The translations under genes and the position numbers were made by a program. From contig OY776562.1 of the NCBI GenBank assembly GCA_963675785.1, forward strand, positions 2,880,001 to 2,944,000: a DNA stretch of 64,000 nt. The letters are read 5' to 3'. Below are positions 60,666-64,000 of this stretch, piece by piece. The notes under the pieces are model-generated. The model was not told where the DNA came from. It did no database searches and was given only the letters and a program-made list of their open reading frames with translations. This DNA comes from Anaerolineae bacterium. Lineage in GTDB: Bacteria; Chloroflexota; Anaerolineae; UBA1429. How positions within the stretch are numbered: position 1 is the stretch's first letter; every line of letters starts with the position of its first letter.

Positions 60666-61319
60666 ATGATGAAAAGCAGATTTACGACTCTTGTAGCAGC
60701 GCTGGGGTTAGTGTTTGTAATGGTTGGCTGTCGGTCTGAAGAATTGCCCGACGGTTCGTTGCACTATGACTTACCCTCGACGATCTCGGTTGATGTGGGC
60801 GGTTATGTACCCGGGACCAACATTCAGTATCTGGGAATGAGTGACCGCGGTGCTCATGTGATGCTTGGCGATCAGATAGCCTACAAAAAAGTGGGCGATT
60901 CGTTGGACTGGTCAGGTACGCCAGTTGATGGCACAGATGTGGACTTGACGTTGCGTGTCTTGTACGTTGGTGATACCAGCCTAAAGCTCGTTGGCGAATC
61001 CGAGCTGACGATTACCGATGCCAATCCCACAGTCGCTCAGATCAGCAAAGAATCAGACATCAAATACGGAGGGCTGGTAACCTATACAGTTCTTCGTGGA
61101 GAGGCTATTCCTGGCTCAACCGTCATTTATGAGGGTTTCGATACGGATGGCGTGATCCTTTCCGGCGTTGAGGGCTACCCGTACCGCAAGACAGGGGATT
61201 CTATCGCCTGGGAGGGCACGCTACGCTCTGATGTTGAGATTGAACTCACTGTTCGAGTGGTTTACTATAACGAAGAGAAGCTATACGTATCTGGAACAGT
61301 GAATCTCTGGCTCGAATAA
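60666..61319 (+). CDS. Hypothetical lipoprotein with two tandem beta-rich repeats
   Basis: Signal ending MVGC (lipobox). AAGGAG SD. Internal duplication. Confidence 0.75.
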   Translation: MMKSRFTTLVAALGLVFVMVGCRSEELPDGSLHYDLPSTISVDVGGYVPGTNIQYLGMSDRGAHVMLGDQIAYKKVGDSLDWSGTPVDGTDVDLTLRVLYVGDTSLKLVGESELTITDANPTVAQISKESDIKYGGLVTYTVLRGEAIPGSTVIYEGFDTDGVILSGVEGYPYRKTGDSIAWEGTLRSDVEIELTVRVVYYNEEKLYVSGTVNLWLE

Positions 61320-61338
61320 TGCAGAGTCAGATGGAGCT

Positions 61339-61367
61339 TTGCGCTGACTTTGGCAAGTTGGTATAAT
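61339..61367 (+). promoter_or_regulatory. Promoter of rpsA
   Basis: TTGCGC-17 bp-TATAAT with an extended TG. Confidence 0.6.
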
Positions 61368-61408
61368 GTGATAAACTAGGAAAATTCCAAAAAGGAGACG
61401 ATGTCTGC

Positions 61409-62626
61409 ATGGACGATCAGGACTATACCGCGCTGAATACTGAAGGAGGTGAAGGGGCTGAACAGTCTGTCAATCCGATGGCTGCGCTTTTGGAGCAGGG
61501 CTATGGTTGCACCTTCCCAGAGCGTGGAAAGATTGTAGAAGGCACGATTGTATCAGTTAACCCTAATGAGGTTCTCATTGACATCAACTACAAGAGCGAA
61601 GGAATTGTTAGCTCGCGCGATTTGAGCAAGCTGACTTCCGAGTACCGTGATTCGCTCAAGGTAGGCAAAAAGGTCAAGGCTTATGTGGTTCGACCTGAAG
61701 ATGCCAAAGGGAACACCATTCTTTCACTTCAGCGTGCGTTGTTGGAGAACGACTGGGACGAAGCCACGAGTCTATACGAGGCGGAAGAGGTGTTCTCCAA
61801 GCCGGTCGTGAGCTATAATAAGGGTGGCGTGATCGTTAACGTCGGTCATGTAAGGGGATTCGTCCCCGCTTCCCAAATTGTGAGTGCTCGTGGACTTCAC
61901 GGCGGAGATCAGGGCCAGCGCGATGACATGCTTGCTGGCGTCGTGGGTACCGAGCTCAAGCTCAAGATTATTGAGATCGACCGTCGCCGCAATCGCCTGA
62001 TCCTTTCGGAGCGGGCTGCGGTACGCGAGTGGCGCCGTGAACAGAAGGATCGCTTGCTTGATGAGCTTCAAGAGGGCGAAGTTCGTAGAGGTGTTGTCAG
62101 CAGCTTGTGTGATTTTGGTGCCTTTGTGGATCTTGGCGGAGCTGACGGCCTTGTTCACCTTTCGGAGCTTGCCTGGCGTCGCGTTGGGCATCCTCGAGAG
62201 ATCCTCAAGGTGGGGCAAGAAGTTGATTCCTATGTCCTTTCTGTGGATCGCGATCGCCGGCGTATAGCTCTTAGCCTCAAGCGTCTTCAGAAGGAACCCT
62301 GGAGCCAGGTTGAGGATGCTTATACTGTCGGGCAGGTTGTTAAATGCACGATAACCAAGATTACAGACTTTGGTGCTTTTGCTCGGCTGGATGACAACAT
62401 CGAAGGCTTGATTCACATTTCCGAGCTTTCTGAGGAGCGTATTGAGCATCCCGGTGAGGTTGTTCAGGAAGGCCAGGAATTGGAGTTGAGAATCATCCGT
62501 ATTGATACTGACCGCCAGAGAATCGGTCTCAGCCTGCGCCGCGTTAGCGAAGAGCTGTATGATGCCGATTTCGACTGGGAAGAGGATGATCAACTTGATG
62601 GTGCACTAGATTCAATAGATGCCTAG
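61409..62626 (+). CDS. rpsA: 30S ribosomal protein S1 (four S1 domains)
   Basis: YKSEG, NKGG, GFVPASQ, FGAFVDLGGADGLVHLSE, FGAFA..EGLIHISE and RIGLSL. Confidence 0.93.
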   Translation: MDDQDYTALNTEGGEGAEQSVNPMAALLEQGYGCTFPERGKIVEGTIVSVNPNEVLIDINYKSEGIVSSRDLSKLTSEYRDSLKVGKKVKAYVVRPEDAKGNTILSLQRALLENDWDEATSLYEAEEVFSKPVVSYNKGGVIVNVGHVRGFVPASQIVSARGLHGGDQGQRDDMLAGVVGTELKLKIIEIDRRRNRLILSERAAVREWRREQKDRLLDELQEGEVRRGVVSSLCDFGAFVDLGGADGLVHLSELAWRRVGHPREILKVGQEVDSYVLSVDRDRRRIALSLKRLQKEPWSQVEDAYTVGQVVKCTITKITDFGAFARLDDNIEGLIHISELSEERIEHPGEVVQEGQELELRIIRIDTDRQRIGLSLRRVSEELYDADFDWEEDDQLDGALDSIDA

Positions 62627-62776
62627 CATTTTTCAAGGCATGGACTGAATGCAATTGGCTGGTAACCAAATCACTGGCCCAAAGCAGCTAGTAGCCCTGC
62701 CAGTGCTAGATACAGGTCGCGTCGTTTTGGCGGTTTCCTAGTTTGCCGTCTTCGACAAGACCAAACAAGTACGGAC

Positions 62777-62818
62777 CGGGGGCCAGTGTGGGCAGACACA
62801 CTGTGCCCCCGTTTCTTT
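62777..62818 (+). terminator. Terminator-like hairpin 20 nt upstream of the clpC start
   Basis: CGGGGGC-CAGTGTG-loop-CACACTG-T-GCCCCCG followed by TTTCTTT. Confidence 0.7.
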
Positions 62819-62838
62819 AGGGCAAAGGCAGGTTGAAA

Positions 62839-64000
62839 ATGGTTCAGAATCTAGAACGCTTCACCCAGCTTGCCCGCAATGTGCTGGTGATGGCACGCGA
62901 AGAGGCGCAGCGCCTCGGCCATCACTATATTGGAACAGAACATCTCTTGATTGGCCTGCTTCGTGAGCAGGATGGGATGGCGTTCCGTGTCCTTCATGAT
63001 TCCGGCCTTGATGCGGATACAGTGCGCGTTGTGGTGCGAGATTTGGTTGGTGCTGGCGAGTCTTCTGCCTCTGCCATGCAATTGGGCGACCAGACACGCG
63101 TTGTCATCGAGGCCGCAGTGCTCGAGGCCAAGCGCCTTGGGCACCGCAATGTTGGGACAGAGCACCTGTTGCTGGGGCTGATTCGAGAGTCTGACAGTAT
63201 GGGCGTTGCCGTGTTGCGGCACTTGAACGTCCGTTCTGATGTTGTGCGCCAAAAAACCTTGATGATGATTCGCGAGCGCATGACACCTGTCGCAAATGCG
63301 CCGCAAGAAAAGACACGCGGTCAGCATTCTGTACTGGATGAAGTGGGCATTGATCTCACCGAGCTCGCTCGCCAGGGTGCCCTCGATCCCGTCATTGGAC
63401 GAACCAAAGAGATCGAGCGGGTGGTTCAAATCCTCGCCCGTCGCAACAAGAATAACCCCGCTTTAATTGGTGAACCCGGTGTTGGCAAAACAGCTATCGT
63501 CGAGGGATTGGCCCAACGTATTGTTCAGGGGCGTGTGCCTGCGGATCTCGAATTCAAACGTGTTGTGCGCTTGGATGTAGGAACGTTGGTGGCAGGCACC
63601 ATGTATCGCGGCCAGTTTGAGGAACGTCTCAAGCACGTTATTGATGAGCTCAAATCCTCGGATACTATTGTATTCATCGACGAACTGCACATGATTGTGG
63701 GGGCTGGTGCTGCTGGCAACCAGGTCGATGCCGCCAATATCCTCAAGCCTGCCTTGTCTAGAGGCGAAATTCAGTGTATTGGCGCTACCACGTTGGATGA
63801 ATACCGCAAGCATATTGAAAGCGATGCTGCGCTTGAGCGACGTTTTCAGCCTGTCTATGTCGAAGAGCCCTCGGTAGAAGATACCGTTGCCATTCTCAAG
63901 GGGGTGCGCAGTCGTTATGAAGCCCATCATGGCCTCAAGATCAGCGATGAGGCAATAGAAGCGGCTGCCCGGCTTGCTGCACGGTATGTGTCGGGGCGCT
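62839..64000 (+). CDS. clpC: Second ClpC-type AAA+ ATPase (3' end outside window; absent from the ORF track)
   Basis: Manual translation gives [71 protein letters not shown]. Confidence 0.9.
   Translation, partial: MVQNLERFTQLARNVLVMAREEAQRLGHHYIGTEHLLIGLLREQDGMAFRVLHDSGLDADTVRVVVRDLVGAGESSASAMQLGDQTRVVIEAAVLEAKRLGHRNVGTEHLLLGLIRESDSMGVAVLRHLNVRSDVVRQKTLMMIRERMTPVANAPQEKTRGQHSVLDEVGIDLTELARQGALDPVIGRTKEIERVVQILARRNKNNPALIGEPGVGKTAIVEGLAQRIVQGRVPADLEFKRVVRLDVGTLVAGTMYRGQFEERLKHVIDELKSSDTIVFIDELHMIVGAGAAGNQVDAANILKPALSRGEIQCIGATTLDEYRKHIESDAALERRFQPVYVEEPSVEDTVAILKGVRSRYEAHHGLKISDEAIEAAARLAARYVSGR

Noticed and set aside
62700-62765. c-di-GMP-I riboswitch or SRP RNA resemblance (GGCAAAC..GAAA..GACGC on -; CAGGTC and AAGCAGC on +)
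   Set aside because: The required pairings and motif order are not satisfied.

Overview
A gene-dense window of core bacterial chromosome. Gene families and protein style suggest an anaerobic Chloroflexota (Anaerolineae-like) organism; this is an inference, not proven. In order, it contains: (1) a purine operon purL(5' truncated)-Q-B-C-E-F-D-M-N; (2) a GH38 alpha-mannosidase, an archaemetzincin-like gene, a nucleoside phosphorylase and kdgK-eda; (3) a large heat-shock cluster, with dnaJ-htrA-hspR-aRF1-like-clpB-clpC-gmhA-HAD divergent from two hsp20 genes, plus groES-groEL under a CIRCE; (4) a near-perfect parS site ahead of methyltransferase-dnaN-recF; (5) a lipid kinase-udg-rnj-ftsK-FAD oxidase-rsmG operon; (6) secG, an orphan peptide-binding protein, tRNA-Leu, aspA/fumC, a frameshifted mutY, an unannotated 50-aa membrane ORF, hom, comEC, mtaB and suhB; (7) an Fe-ADH/AlkZ-like/NUDIX/thpR/amidohydrolase block; (8) two tRNA-Ala genes, leuS with a large insertion, a repeat lipoprotein, rpsA and a second clpC running off the right edge. 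I saw no mobile elements, prophage or CRISPR. The best leads are an archaeal/eukaryotic-type release-factor homolog (GGQ->GGW) inside an HspR/ClpB/ClpC operon, an unfused animal-PAICS-type purC-purE pair, a candidate attenuator before the second clpC, a beta-clamp motif on UDG, and about 50% TAG stop-codon usage.
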